Counted from the first letter of the whole stretch, positions 25,350 to 37,956 are shown. The stretch: DNA of 63,956 nt, filler included, from Octopus bimaculoides (GCF_001194135.2; 7 parts of 7 records of this genome joined end to end with filler, not necessarily neighbours in it), one strand, 5' to 3'. Numbers and translations are program-made. Notes: generated by a model from the sequence alone, not told the origin.

Positions 25350-25900
25350 ACCATCCAAAAAGGCAGTGAAGTGTCAGAATTGCAATCGCACCAAACATTT
25401 TCGTTCCGAGCTTTTCGTTCCGAGTTCAAATTCCGACTTCGCCTTTCATCTTTTCGGGGTCGCTAAATTAAGTAGCAGTTAAGCACTAGAGTGGACGTAA
25501 TCGACTAGCCCTCACCCACAAAATTTCATAGACCACGTGTCTATAGTAGAAAGGATTACTACCCCCACTAAAAACGGCGAGTTAGCAGAATCGTTATCGC
25601 ACCGACCAAAAATGCTTAGCGACATTTCTTTTCTGACTGAGTTCAAATACCACCGAGGTCAACTTTGCTTTTGGGGGACGATAAAATAAATACCATTGTT
25701 GGCTCTATGCCAAACTTTGGCACCGTTGTTAATCTTGTAAAATTCTGCGAGCTGCCAGAATGAAGTTCGCGCAGGATAAAAATACTTAGAGGTATACCTT
25801 CTGGTTTTTCCTTCTAAGTTCAAATTCCGCAGAAGTCGATTTTCCATTTCAGCTTCGATAAAAGTAAGTACCAGTCGAGTACTAGGATCGATGCAATCGA
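25350..25900 (+). mobile_element. Three degraded SINE family A heads
   Basis: Repeated gagttcaaat B-box and gtcgac/gtcaac ttt body segments. Confidence 0.7.
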
Positions 25901-25912
25901 CTAACCCCTTAG

Positions 25913-26500
25913 GCGGCGAGCTGGCAGAAACGTTATCACGCCAGGAGAAATGCTTGGCGGTACTTTGTCTGCCGAGGTCGACTTTGCTTTTCATCATTTC
26001 GGAGTCGATAAATTAAGTACCAGTTACGCAATGGGGTCGATGTAATCGACTTAATACCTTTGTCAGTCCTTGTTTGTCCCCTCTATGTTTAGCCCCTTGT
26101 GGGCAATAAAGAAATAGGAAACGTTAGCACGCCGGGAGAAATACTTAACGGTATTTCGTCCGTCTTCACGTTTTGAGTTCGAATTCCGCCGAGGTCGACT
26201 TTGCCTTTCATCCTTTCGGGGTCGATAAATTAAGTACCAGTTACGTACTGGGGTCGATATAATCGACTTAATCCGTTTGTCTGTCCTTGTTTGTCCCCTC
26301 TGTGTGTAGCCCCTTGTGGGCAGTAAAGAAATAGGTATTTCGTCTGTCTTCACGTTTTGAGTTCAAATTCCGCCGAGGTCGACTTTGCTTTTCATCCTTT
26401 CGGGGTCGATAAATTAAGTACCAGTTGTGTACTGAGGTCGATCTAATCAACTGGCCCCCTCACCCAAAATTTCGGGCCTTGTGCCCAGAGTAGAAAAGAA
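25913..26500 (+). mobile_element. Head-to-tail trimer of SINE family A, opposite orientation to 23740-24400
   Basis: Intact head ggcggcgagctggcagaaacgtta, then two 5'-truncated units joined after the gggcaataaagaaata tail. Confidence 0.88.
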
Positions 26501-26574
26501 TCGACTAACCACCCCAACCTAAAATTAATGACCATATGTTAAGTTTTGGAACCATTATTACACTTATATATTGA

Positions 26575-26785
26575 TTTCAAACTTTTGGCACAAAGCCAGT
26601 ATTTTCGGGGAGGCGCTAAGTCGATTACGTCGACCCCAGTATTCAACTGGTACTTATTTTATGGAACCCGAATAGGATGAAAGGCAAAGTCGACCTCCAC
26701 AGAATTTGAACTTAGAACGTGAAGACGGACAAAATGCTGCTGAGCATTTTGCCCGACGTTCTAACGCTTCTGCCAGCTCACCGCC
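26575..26785 (-). mobile_element. SINE family A
   Basis: Same body and head; further copies at about 5640-5770, 21300-21460, 31190-31400, 36440-36870, 40170-40260 and 47640-47890. Confidence 0.85.
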
Positions 26786-28114
26786 AATTACACTTATGCA
26801 TTATGGTATAGGCGGCGGTATGCCAGGAATTTTAGCGCCTCAAACAAAACTGTTTAATGACAATTTTTTCTTCCGCTTCTTTATGTTCGGGGTGCAAATC
26901 ACACAGTGATTACACACGTATGTGTGTATGTGTGTGTGTGTATGTGTGTGTGTATGTGACTTTATGTCTGTTCGCTCTCAACGTTTGACGATTAGTGTTC
27001 GTTTGCTTACGTTCCTCCAACTTACCCGTTCAGCCAAACTGATGGAATAAGTAGTAGTCTTCAAAGCAACAAGTACTGGGTTCGAATCATTCGAGTCTAT
27101 CGTTGAAGGCCATACCCAAGAATGTTCCAGTTCTTTGACTGAAACAAGTAAAAAATAGAAGATACAAAAAGGACGGGATGGTCACGGTTTGAGCGTCTTC
27201 AACGATAAGCCAATCCAATCAGAATTGAAGTAGCGGAGTCAATAACAATAACAACAACATTTTAATGTCTTGTTTTCATTCCAAAGCTTTCAAACTGAGC
27301 TCATGTATGGAAAGATCAATAAAAAAAAGAACTGTGATTGAACAGGAAAAAATTCGATTTCTCAAATTCCGAAATGCAGAATGAAAACACTATTGATCCA
27401 CGGATAACTTTTTCCTCTTTATTTTCCCAATAATTCCAAACTAAACCCAAAATTTTAAAGAATTCGCAAAATGTTATTTACTTTCCTTAATCCAGCTTAA
27501 TCCTAATGCCAACAAAAGAAGACTATGTATTCTGCTCTTTTTCTCGTCCATCTCCTTTTAAGTTTTACATCGATTGTTTTTCATGACTAAGTCCAAAACT
27601 CGTTTGTTTGTACGTGGATACTAAATAGTCTTTATGTTAGTTTCCCATTGTAAATCCATTCACATCGAAAACGCTTTATTGGGATTTTAGATCGAGCCAC
27701 TAATTCACAAGTACTTTATTTTATCGAACATCGGAAAGATTAATGCCTAATTTGACTTTAGCTGGATTTCAACGCAAAATGTAGGCTGTGTAGTTAAGGA
27801 TATCGCTTTGAAAGCATGTATTTTTGTGTTCAGTCCCACTGCATGGTCCGTTGGGTGACTGCCTTTTACTCTTGTCCCGCACCGATCGGTGCATTGTGAG
27901 TGAATATGGCAGACGGTAAATGTGGAACCCCTTTGTGTATCTATCGATACAAATATAGATAGAAAGAGAGACATAGGGGAGGGAGGAGAGGATGGGAGAA
28001 AAATAGCGATGGAGAAGCACTGAATTCTCGGAAAATAAGCAGATTTACACTGCTTGCCAAGCGGGTTGGGGGACAAACAGAGACAGAAGGGCACACACAC
28101 AAACACACACACAC

Positions 28115-28345
<231 letters not shown>

Positions 28346-28661
28346 TACAGTCTTTTTTCAACAAGTTATTTNNNNNNNNNNNNNNNNNNNNNNNNNNNNN
28401 NNNNNNNNNNNNNNNNNNNNNNNNNNNNNNNNNNNNNNNNNNNNNNNNNNNNNNNNNNNNNNNNNNNNNNNNNNNNNNNNNNNNNNNNNNNNNNNNNNNN
28501 NNNNNNNNNNNNNNNNNNNNNNNNNNNNNNNNNNNNNNNNNNNNNNNNNNNNNNNNNNNNNNNNNNNNNNNNNNNNNNNNNNNNNNNNNNNNNNNNNNNN
28601 NNNNNNNNNNNNNNNNNNNNNNNNNNNNNNNNNNNNNNNNNNNNNNNNNNNNNNNNNNNNN

Positions 28662-28697
<36 letters not shown>

Positions 28698-28964
28698 TGC
28701 GTGTGCATGTATGTATATGCGTGAAAATGAACGTGTGTATCAATCCCCGCTCAAGTAATGGTTGTAATTGCACTTTAATTCACAAGTGTGTGTATGTGTG
28801 CGCGTGTGTATGTGTATGTGTGTATGTGTGTGCATGTGTGTGTATGTTTGTGCGCGCGTATTCCACAACTGTTTATGTACGTCTGTCCGCACGTATTCGC
28901 ATGTATATTATACGAGCATGTGATCGTCTGCATACTTCCATCTTAGGAAACGCACATTGAAATC

Positions 28965-29120
28965 TCTAGAATGCTTTAGAAGTCTTCTCGATGCCATTAA
29001 TCGATTGTATTTGAAGAATGCAAGTCAAATTGCTTTGTTCTTCTTGGAGAACCCCCAGTATTTCTAGGCTTCTATGCCAATTTGTTGTTACATAGCCCAA
29101 GGCTCCTTTGATAATAGTTA
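28965..29120 (-). mobile_element. C-terminal relic of an RLE-type LINE
   Basis: IIKGALGYVTTNWHRSLEILG resembles the ..GALG......L..LG end of RLE ORFs. Confidence 0.4.
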
Positions 29121-29269
29121 ATAATAATAAAAAAAAATCTACAGACTACATATAAGAGATAAAAGTTTCTCATTAGCTCGGAATAGCTGTTCTTTCTTCT
29201 TATCCATTCCTATATGTGTGGGGTCTGTGTATGTGTACGTGATAATAGCACTTTTACAAGAAAAAAGAA

Positions 29270-29560
29270 TTGATAGAGACTTCGAAATTTCCGACTGATA
29301 GCCTTCATCGGGCTGTGGTACATTTTAGTTGATATTGGCTTTATATAATCTTTATATACTATCTGGTAATTTTGTTTTGTCCTCGGGTGTAGGTGGAATT
29401 ATGTTGAATGAGAATTAAGATGGAGGACAGGTGCTGATAGAAAGATATGGGACTTTATAGTTTAATAATGGAGTTGTTTTGTTATGTAAGTTCGGTCAAA
29501 CCACTGGCTTATGAAGAATAGCAGGCCGAAACTCCGAAGTCACTGTCATCAGTTTATGTC
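29270..29560. mobile_element. Penelope-like element relic with two degenerate hammerhead-like cores in opposite orientations
   Basis: Minus strand cccgatgaaggctatcagtcggaaa (about 29287-29312); plus strand cttatgaag...gccgaaactccgaagtc (29508-29541). Confidence 0.35.
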
Positions 29561-29577
29561 CTATGCAGAAAGAATCG

Positions 29578-29641
<64 letters not shown>

Positions 29642-29864
29642 CCCCTAATAGTTGTTCGAAACTTAGCTGTTCTATCTAGCGTGAGGGAATCCTATGATGG
29701 ATACCTCATGTGTTTAAATGTACACTTTATATATATACATACATACATATATATATATATATATNNNNNNNNNNNNNNNNNNNNNNNNNNNNNNNNNNNN
29801 NNNNNNNNTTAATTAATTAANNNNNNNNNNNNNNNNNNNNNNNNNNNNNNNNNNNNNNNNNNNN

Positions 29865-30210
29865 AGCGGAAGCTATCGACTACCTCTAGTTTTTCACCCT
29901 GGAATGAGATAGAAGTTGTTTCCTGTTTGTTTGCAGTCTTTATTGCACCTGAACATCTGCCACAAACAAAAACTAACTTGCTAGTTAACCTGCCTTTGAT
30001 GTTGCTGCACCTCTTATGTGTCCATAGCTTGCACCGGGTACATCTTATAGAGTTACTACCTACTCCTTTTCTACATACTGAGCAGGGCCATCTACCTGAA
30101 GGGGTTTGTGTTTTATCTACCTTCCTACTTATTAGGATTTTGGTTTTAGCTAGGTTGACTCTAAGGCCCTTCAATTCTAGACCTTGCTTCCACACCTGAA
30201 ACTTCTCCAT
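29865..30210 (-). mobile_element. RTE-clade LINE fragment with a Cys/His finger between RT and thumb
   Basis: GLELKGLRVNLAKTKIL ... WPCSVCRKGVGSNSIRCTRCKLWTHKRCS ... FVCGRC ... LEVVDSFR. Confidence 0.85.
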
Positions 30211-30459
30211 TTGCCTGACAGGTAGTTAGAGACAGTAGTACTTGTAGTGATAGTGAAATTTTTTTGCTCGTGACAAAAAGGTTGCTGTCTGCCAGTAGAG
30301 AGGGAAAGAGTAAGGAATGCACGGTGCTGACTGGAAAGAAAGAAAGGATAAAGGTGGCTCTGTTCTGATTGGCTGTATGCAAATGAGTTCATTACTGGGA
30401 TCTGGAACTCTCGTGGCAAAAAAATTTCATGTCCCTGCAAGCCAGTGCAGCATAACCAG

Positions 30460-31055
30460 CCCATTTAAGAGTACCCTTCAATCATTGAACAATAAACTGT
30501 GCTTGCGAAGACCTGTTGAGTCAAGTGAAGTCATTGTCATGCCTGACTGGCACCTGTGCCGGTGGCACGTAAAAAGCACCATTCGAGCATGGTCGATGCC
30601 AGTGCTGCCTGACTGGTCCCGTGCTGGTGGCATGTATAAAAGTACTATTTGAGGATGGCTGCTGCTAGTGCTACCTGACTGGGAACCAGTCAGGTAGTAC
30701 GTAAGGTAGTCAGGTAGTAGTGTGCTGGTAGTCAGGTAGTCAGGTAGTAGTATGCTGGTGGTACGTAAAAAGCACCATTCAAGAATGGCCATTGCCAGTA
30801 CCGCCTGACTGGCTTCCATGCTGGTGGCATGTGAAAATCACCATTCAAGCATGGTCGATGCTAGTACCACCTGGCTAGCCCTCATGCCGGTGGCATTTAA
30901 AAAGCACCCACTACACTCTCAGAGTGGTTGGCATTAGGAAGGGCATCCAGCTGTAGAAACCTTGCCAGATTAGATTGGAACCTGGTACAGCCCTCTGGCT
31001 TGCCACTCCTCAGTCAAACCGTCCAACCCATGCCAGCATGGAAAGCGGATACTAA

Positions 31056-31111
<56 letters not shown>
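30460..31111 (+). mobile_element. SINE-like element with internal tandem modules and a (GAT)n tail, probably MetaSINE-related
   Basis: Repeated gactggc...ggtggca(c/t)gtaaaaagcaccattc modules, then gttggcattaggaagggcatccagctgtagaaac and a long GAT tail. Confidence 0.6.
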
Positions 31112-31114
<3 letters not shown>

Positions 31115-31535
31115 AGAAAGTAATCTATTTAAAGTGCTGTCTGTGTAATAACTAAACATTAAGTTGCTGTACAATTCTTAAATATTGATTTCAAATTTTG
31201 GCACAAAGCTAGCAATTTCAGGGGAGGAGGTAAGGCAAATGCAGCAACCCCAGTATTCAACTAGTACTTATTTCATCCACCCCATAAGGATGAAATGCAA
31301 TGCTGATCTTGGTGGAACTTGAACTCAGAACATAAAAATGGATGAAATTCCATTGAGCATTTTGTCTGATATGCTAATGACTCTGCCAGCTTGCCATCTT
31401 ACAATTTTCAAATGTTACCAAATTTTGTCACATGGAAGTGACTTTGAAGAAGGAAGAATAATGCCAACATGTAGACATCTAAAGTAAGGAGTCCTTGAAG
31501 TAACTTATTTATCATTGTATATTGCATTGTTGAAG

Positions 31536-31594
31536 AACTTTATTTCAATTTCTGGATGAGACTTTTACATACATTTGCAAAAAGATTGAATGCA
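31536..31594 (+). CDS. Candidate extra upstream exon of the CFAP92-like gene
   Basis: Acceptor gttgaag, strong donor A|gtaagt; splices in frame to 31943 (TLFQFLDETFTYICKKIEC-R). No convincing homology. Confidence 0.25.
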
Positions 31595-31942
31595 GTAAGT
31601 TCTTAGTTTCTTTTGCACCAATACATGTTTGCATAAATCAAAAGTTGTGAAATTTGAAGCTGTATGTGTCTAGCCAAATCAGAGAGATTAGCAACAGTGT
31701 CCTGTCACTAGTATTATATTGTGTCCATATCTAGAATATTTAATTCTCCAATGTTCCAGTTTATCTGGATATAAATAAGTGCCACTGGGCAAAACCAGAT
31801 CACAACTATGAGTAATATCAACATTTGAAAAATTTCTGAAGTTTTAAGCAAGATATAGAACTGCTTTTTTTAAAAATATTTTCACTGAATGGTTTAATGC
31901 AAGGAATCAGTACAAATATAAGTTGTCTTTTTTGTGTTACAG

Positions 31943-32124
31943 GGTTCACCATGCTGTATAATACAGATTTTGTATGTTCTGAGCGTCTTTATCTCCCACT
32001 GAACACAAACATTTTGAAAATTAAACTCAGTTTATCACTGTCGAAAATCCTCAAGCAGCCACTTTTATATGTCAGAAATGTTGTGCCACGATCATGTTTT
32101 GATTGTGTGATTCGGCTCTCTAAT
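31943..32124 (+). CDS. CFAP92: CFAP92-like protein, first confidently recognised coding exon
   Basis: Acceptor ttttgtgttacag, donor |gtaagt, phase 1/0; FTMLYNTDFVCSERLYLPLNTNILKIKLSLSLSKILKQPLLYVRNVVPRSCFDCVIRLSN. In-frame ATG at 31951 in a CACCATG context. Confidence 0.85.
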
Positions 32125-32401
32125 GTAAGTTACCATGTACAAATAAGGATGCACATACAATTTCAAATATATATGTAAATACTAATATATATATCAGAGC
32201 ATATATGTACACATCTGTGATCATAGTTCTTCATTTTAATCTTGTTGTGAAGTCACAATCAGCCATACTGTTGCATAGCCAGAGCTAACCATAATGACTC
32301 TGAGAGCTCTTTTCTGTTCACATTTTTTATGGGGCTCTCAAAGAAATAAAATAAAAACAAACCTATAATTGGTTTAAGATAGTAATGCATTGATAACTAA
32401 G

Positions 32402-32446
<45 letters not shown>

Positions 32447-32459
32447 GTTTCTCTGTATA

Positions 32460-32491
<32 letters not shown>

Positions 32492-32559
32492 AACCTACTA
32501 CATACATACATATAAACCTACTACTGCCTTGTCAACTTGTGGAGATAAAGCTTGTGTAT

Positions 32560-32601
<42 letters not shown>

Positions 32602-32606
<5 letters not shown>

Positions 32607-33780
32607 TGGGTCATCCATTAAATAATGTGATTTTGTCAATTGTATGAACTAAAAGTCAGAGGATGATGGGATAAACTAACTGCATCAACTTGCTATAAAA
32701 GCAAGTAGTAATTTTACCTTGTACTTATTCTTAGTGCAAGTTTTGAAGAGTGCAGTTCGATTTTAATAGTTATGGGGGTCAGACAATAAGTGTAAGCCAG
32801 TGTCAACAGTGGTTCCAGAAATCCCGAGCTAAAAACTACAGCCTAGAAGACAAGCCTCGTCCTGGAAGATCTGTAGAGATTGACAAAGATGTCCTGCAAA
32901 CCTTGGTGGAACAAAATCCCATCGTAACTGTTGAGGAACTAGCAGAGAAGCTTGGATTCGGTCATTCAACCATTCATTGACACCTGTGTGCCATTGGAAA
33001 AGTCAGCAAATTCGGTTAATGGATTCCTCACAAACTTTCTGAATCTAATCGCATGCAGAGAGTGAATGTTTGCTCTTCTTTGCTGTCACATCTCACGAAT
33101 TAACCTTTTTTGGACTGAATAGTAACTGGTGAGGAGAAATGGGTTCTCTATAAAAATGTCAAGTGCTGAAGAGAGTGGGTAGGGAGAGAAGAAACACCAG
33201 CACCCCAGGCTAAAGAAGCTCTTCACCCACGTAAGGTGTTGTTATTTGTTTGGTGGAGTATGAAAGGTTTAGTCCACTTTGAACCTTTAAACCCAAACCA
33301 AACGATAACAAAGGAGATCTAGTGCAAGCAGCTTAGTGGCTTAAGTCAGCACTAGAAGAAAAGCCACCATCTTTGGTTTCAAGATGAAAGGTGTTATTTC
33401 ATCAGGATAATGCTCAGCCACATACAGCAAGAATGACATTCCAAAGGCTGGAGCAGTTTGAATGGGAAACGATGTCCCACCCACCATATTCACCAGGCAC
33501 TGCCTCATCTGATTATTATTTATTCTGCAGTCTTCAAAATCATTTGGATGGAAAAAATATGAATTCTGTCGACAAAGTCAGAACAGTACCAGAGGAGTAT
33601 TTTTCGTAATGGACAAGTGAATTTTGGAAGAGGAACCTTGCAAGTCTACCAGATAGATGGAAGACCATTGTAGGAAATGAAGAAGAGTATATTTTAGATA
33701 AGAAAAGTACTTTGTTTATCTTAATTTTGAAAAATAAAAGTATTAAAAAAAACGCCTTATTTATGGGATAGCGCCATTAC
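32602..33780 (+). mobile_element. Near full-length defective mariner transposon
   Basis: Imperfect TIRs; SLEDKPRPGRS, WIPHKL (WVPHEL), IVTGEEKW, LFHQDNAQPH, HPPYSPGTASSDYYLF; many stops. Confidence 0.92.
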
Positions 33781-33784
33781 TCTG

Positions 33785-33820
<36 letters not shown>

Positions 33821-33848
33821 CATCATCAGTCCAAGGAATAAGGCTAAC

Positions 33849-33901
33849 CTTGAGCTTGCTAGAGAAGATAGTATGCAACTATCTTCTCTAGCAAGCTCAA
33901 G
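33849..33901. repeat. Perfect 24-bp inverted repeat with a 5-nt loop
   Basis: cttgagcttgctagagaagatagt-atgca-actatcttctctagcaagctcaag. Confidence 0.95.
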
Positions 33902-34804
33902 AGAAATTTTATGATCTGAGTATCCTGAATCCAGAAAGGAAATATTTAAAATATGTCAATCAGTGGTCTGAGACTGTAACTATTTAGGAGAAAGCAATAC
34001 AATGCCTATCCTGTAGTCCAACAGTAATGCCAAACACACTATGACTCATCAAAACAGCTAGCTCAAAACATTTGACAATAACCAACTACTTGGGATGTTT
34101 AAGATGAATTTCTTCAAGAACAGCATATATCCAAATTGCAGTGGTCATTCCTTCTTTATGATTTCCCCATGATTCATGTGGAGGTGACGGGGAGATTTGC
34201 AGTAAATTGGAAGTTGGGTGGCTACTCCCTCAAATCTCAGCTCAGTCAACTTGTACAGAAGGACCTTCAAGCTCCACCTACCATCGGGGCTGAAGGAATT
34301 CAAAGCCACTAAGGTGAAATCAATCAAGTATATTGCTACTGTCTGAGAATGAGTGTATCAGACATGTCAACATATAAATNNNNNNNNNNNNNNNNNNNNN
34401 NNNNNNNNNNNNNNNNNNNNNNNNNNNNNNNNNNNNNNNNNNNNNNNNNNNNNNNNNNNNNNNNNNNNNNNNNNNNNNNNNNNNNNNNNNNNNNNNNNNN
34501 NNNNNNNNNNNNNNNNNNNNNNNNNNNNNNNNNNNNNNNNNNNNNNNNNNNNNNNNNNNNNNNNNNNNNNNNNNNNNNNNNNNNNNNNNNNNNNNNNNNN
34601 NNNNNNNNNNNNNNNNNNNNNNNNNNNNNNNNNNNNNNNNNNNNNNNNNNNNNNNNNNNNNNNNNNNNNNNNNNNNNNNNNNNNNNNNNNNNNNNNNNNN
34701 NNNNNNNNNNNNNNNNNNNNNNNNNNNNNNNNNNNNNNNNNNNNNNNNNNNNNNNNNNNNNNNNNNNNNNNNNNNNNNNNNNNNNNNNNNNNNNNNNNNN
34801 NNNN

Positions 34805-34859
<55 letters not shown>

Positions 34860-35319
34860 CCATAAATTCTCGAGTATAGTCTGCCCTTGAGTATAATACG
34901 CAGGGGATTTTTAGGGGGCTGTACATCTGAAAAACCTAAACCTGACAGAATAAGTACTAGGCCTTGACTAAAACTCATTAAGGCAGTGATTCAGCATGGC
35001 CTCAGTCAAATGACTGAAACAAGTAAAAGAACAAAGAATACATGCATGCACACACACACACACACACACGTACACACACGCATACACACACATGCACACA
35101 CACACACACATGCTCACTCACACACACACACATGCATGCACACACATTGGCCTACCTAGTCAGTGGGCTGGTATTATTCAAAACCTACAACTATGTAAGG
35201 AAGTATGTTGTGATCAGTGGTGCATAAAGACAACCAATACTCAGTTCCATACAGTGATACAGTGATATATCTATACACACACACACACGCACAGATTCAC
35301 ACATATGCACACTTACACA

Positions 35320-35352
<33 letters not shown>

Positions 35353-35361
35353 GTATTTATG

Positions 35362-35431
<70 letters not shown>

Positions 35432-35445
35432 CGTTTATTTTACAG

Positions 35446-35566
35446 TTGATTAGATGCAACAGGCTGATGGATGCTGTATACCATAAATGTTTTCCTGATG
35501 CAGAGATGATACGATCTCTGACTAATGTATTTGCCTCCTTCACACCAGAATACATTAAAACTGAGG
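35446..35566 (+). CDS. CFAP92: CFAP92-like exon
   Basis: Acceptor tttattttacag, donor G|gtgagg, phase 0/1; LIRCNRLMDAVYHKCFPDAEMIRSLTNVFASFTPEYIKTE (FP.A.M..S motif). Confidence 0.85.
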
Positions 35567-35814
35567 GTGAGGATAATTTGATTTTAATTCTTTTTTTTTA
35601 ATTAAGAATAAATAGAGAATAATTAAGAATAAGTGGAGGAATCATAATTAGATGTTTTAGGAATTTGATAAGTAGTTTGGTAATCTGCTGTGCTAATATT
35701 GGACGCGTAAGAATTTATCAATAAAGCCAATATCATATTGTTATATTTTGGGATATTTTTGTTTTAACCAAATAACCACATACACTATATATGCATTCTT
35801 CACTTCGGCCTTAT

Positions 35815-35930
35815 TATTATTATTCTTGTTTTAGTATCCTTTGTCTGAAATCTTTCGCCACACACATTGTGATCTCTTCAATGATGAAAGATTTCCAGAC
35901 AAAGAACACTAAAATAAGAATAACAATAAA
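35815..35930. repeat. Imperfect ~40-bp inverted repeat
   Basis: ttattcttgttttagtatcctttgtctgaaatctttc ... gaaagatttccagacaaagaacactaaaataagaataa. Confidence 0.8.
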
Positions 35931-36204
35931 GCTGAAGTGAAGAATGAGTATATAGTGCATGTGGTTATTTGGCAAGAAGAAAAAAAAAAGCACATGACCC
36001 TCCCCAAATATAACAATATCTGTTTCAGTAGATGATTTCACATCAGGCATCTTGCAAGACAAATACATAAACGTACCAATATTGTATGTTTTCTGGGAAA
36101 TATGACTTTGTGTGTGTGCATGTGTAGTAAGGTTTGTGTGTGTATGAGAGGGAAGTGTAAGCATTTTTTTCCTAAATATTATGGAATATATATGTCTTCA
36201 ATAG

Positions 36205-36341
36205 CAATGGCTAATCTGGCTGATAAAGAGGATATTGAAGTTGATATAAAAGAGGATGCTGTACCAATTCCAATGGAATCTTGCCCACAGATGAAAAAAG
36301 ATGAGCGCCATAAAATAGCCAACTTTATAAAACATAATGTT
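36205..36341 (+). CDS. CFAP92: CFAP92-like exon
   Basis: Acceptor tcttcaatag, donor |gtaagt, phase 1/0; AMANLADKEDIEVDIKEDAVPIPMESCPQMKKDERHKIANFIKHNV. Confidence 0.82.
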
Positions 36342-37725
36342 GTAAGTAATTTTCTCTAGCTACCAATTTCTTTTAGTAGTAATAATTAATTGTTGTACAT
36401 TTTAACTTGGAATAATTTTGTATATTGATATATCTATAATATTGGTTTCAAATTTTGGTACAAGGCCAGTAATTTTAGGAGAAGGGTTAGTTCATTACAT
36501 TAACTCCAGTGCTCAACTGGTACTTATTTTATGAACTCGAAAAGAATGAAAGGCAAAGTCAACCTTGGCAGCATTTGAACTCAGAACGTAAAGAAGGACA
36601 AAATGCCACTAAGCATTTTTCCTGGCATGCTAACAATTTTGCCAGCTTGCTGCATTATGATTTATTTTTAATATTGCTTTCAAGTTTTGGTAGAAGGCCA
36701 GTAATTTCAGGGGAGGGGATTAGTTGATTACATCGACCCCAGTATTCAACTGGTACTTATTTTATTAACCCTAAAAAGCAAAGTCAACCTCAGTGGAATT
36801 TGAACATGAAGATGGACAAAATGCAGCAAAGTATTTTGCCTGGTGTAATAACAATTCTGCCAGTTCACTACCTCATGATTTATCTATAATAATACCAACA
36901 AATGCACTATGTTTTATACATGTATTTAGTGATTTATTTCATTACATTACAATTAATGATATACTTTGTTGCTGAAGTAGGAATAATTTGTATCATGGAA
37001 ATAAAAATTCATTGTCATAACATAATTTTTTTCCTCACAGAGTATTCATTCCTAGTTGACTTACAAATGCACTATGCACAAAATATGTTAAAATAAACTT
37101 AATTATTATTTTCTTGTAATAGTAGCACATTTTATTTCTGAAACATTTTCTTTTCTGTTTTAACAAATATATAATATTTTATATTTACTTAGTTATTCTT
37201 TCATCATTACTTCAACAAATATGGTCAAAGTTAGACTTTCCACATCAACTCAGACTAAGATTGAAAGTTGTATGCTGTTCTTACTAAAAAGTTGAAAATA
37301 GTACACTATCTATTGACCAAATTTTTTTTTTGCTTTTATTCATCACATAATTATTTGTTGTTAACTCTCAGTGGTCTGAACATTAAATTGTTAAGACTAA
37401 TTTATACATTAATCTAACTCATTCCTATTCCTCAGTCTGAAGGGTCCTGGGAATGCTGAAATTACAGTACCTTTTTAGTTTAGATTTAAAAAAAAAGATG
37501 AATATTTTGCTCAGAGGAATGCAAAATGGTAATTATGAATATTTCTCTTCTTTCTCTGTCAAGTAGGTCATAGTTTGATAGCATTCAAGTGAGATAATTT
37601 CTAACGAAAATTAGTAGCTATTTCAAAAATCCTGGAGCACAATAAATAAATGAATAGCCAAAACAGAAACAACTTATCGGTGTTCACAAAAAACAAAAAT
37701 TATATGTTTATATGTTTATTTTCAG

Positions 37726-37878
37726 AAAATGGTACATCTTCAAAGTGAAGAAAACAGAATGAATGCAGTGCCTCAGAAGATGGTGGAACTCAAGCAACCA
37801 CTTGCAGAGATGCAGAACTATTCAATTTGTACTTTTAACTCAATAGAGTTAGCTAAACGGGAACTAGTGAATACATTG
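37726..37878 (+). CDS. CFAP92: CFAP92-like exon
   Basis: Acceptor tttattttcag, donor |gtaaga, phase 0/0; ...MQNYSICTFNSIELAKRELVNTL matches the recalled NYS.QT.NS.ELAK..L motif. Confidence 0.88.
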
Positions 37879-37956
37879 GTAAGATGTATCTTGTAATTCT
37901 ACTGGAGGTAAATGTAGTAAAAAGCTGACTAGCAGTATGGGATCATGTACTGTAAC

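Noticed and set aside
29927-30199. Host zinc-finger gene
   Set aside because: The Cys-rich segment is flanked by RTE RT and thumb motifs on the minus strand.
34145-34330. Exon-like segment inside the CFAP92-like gene
   Set aside because: Every frame has stops or incompatible phases, and the flanking exons already join in frame.
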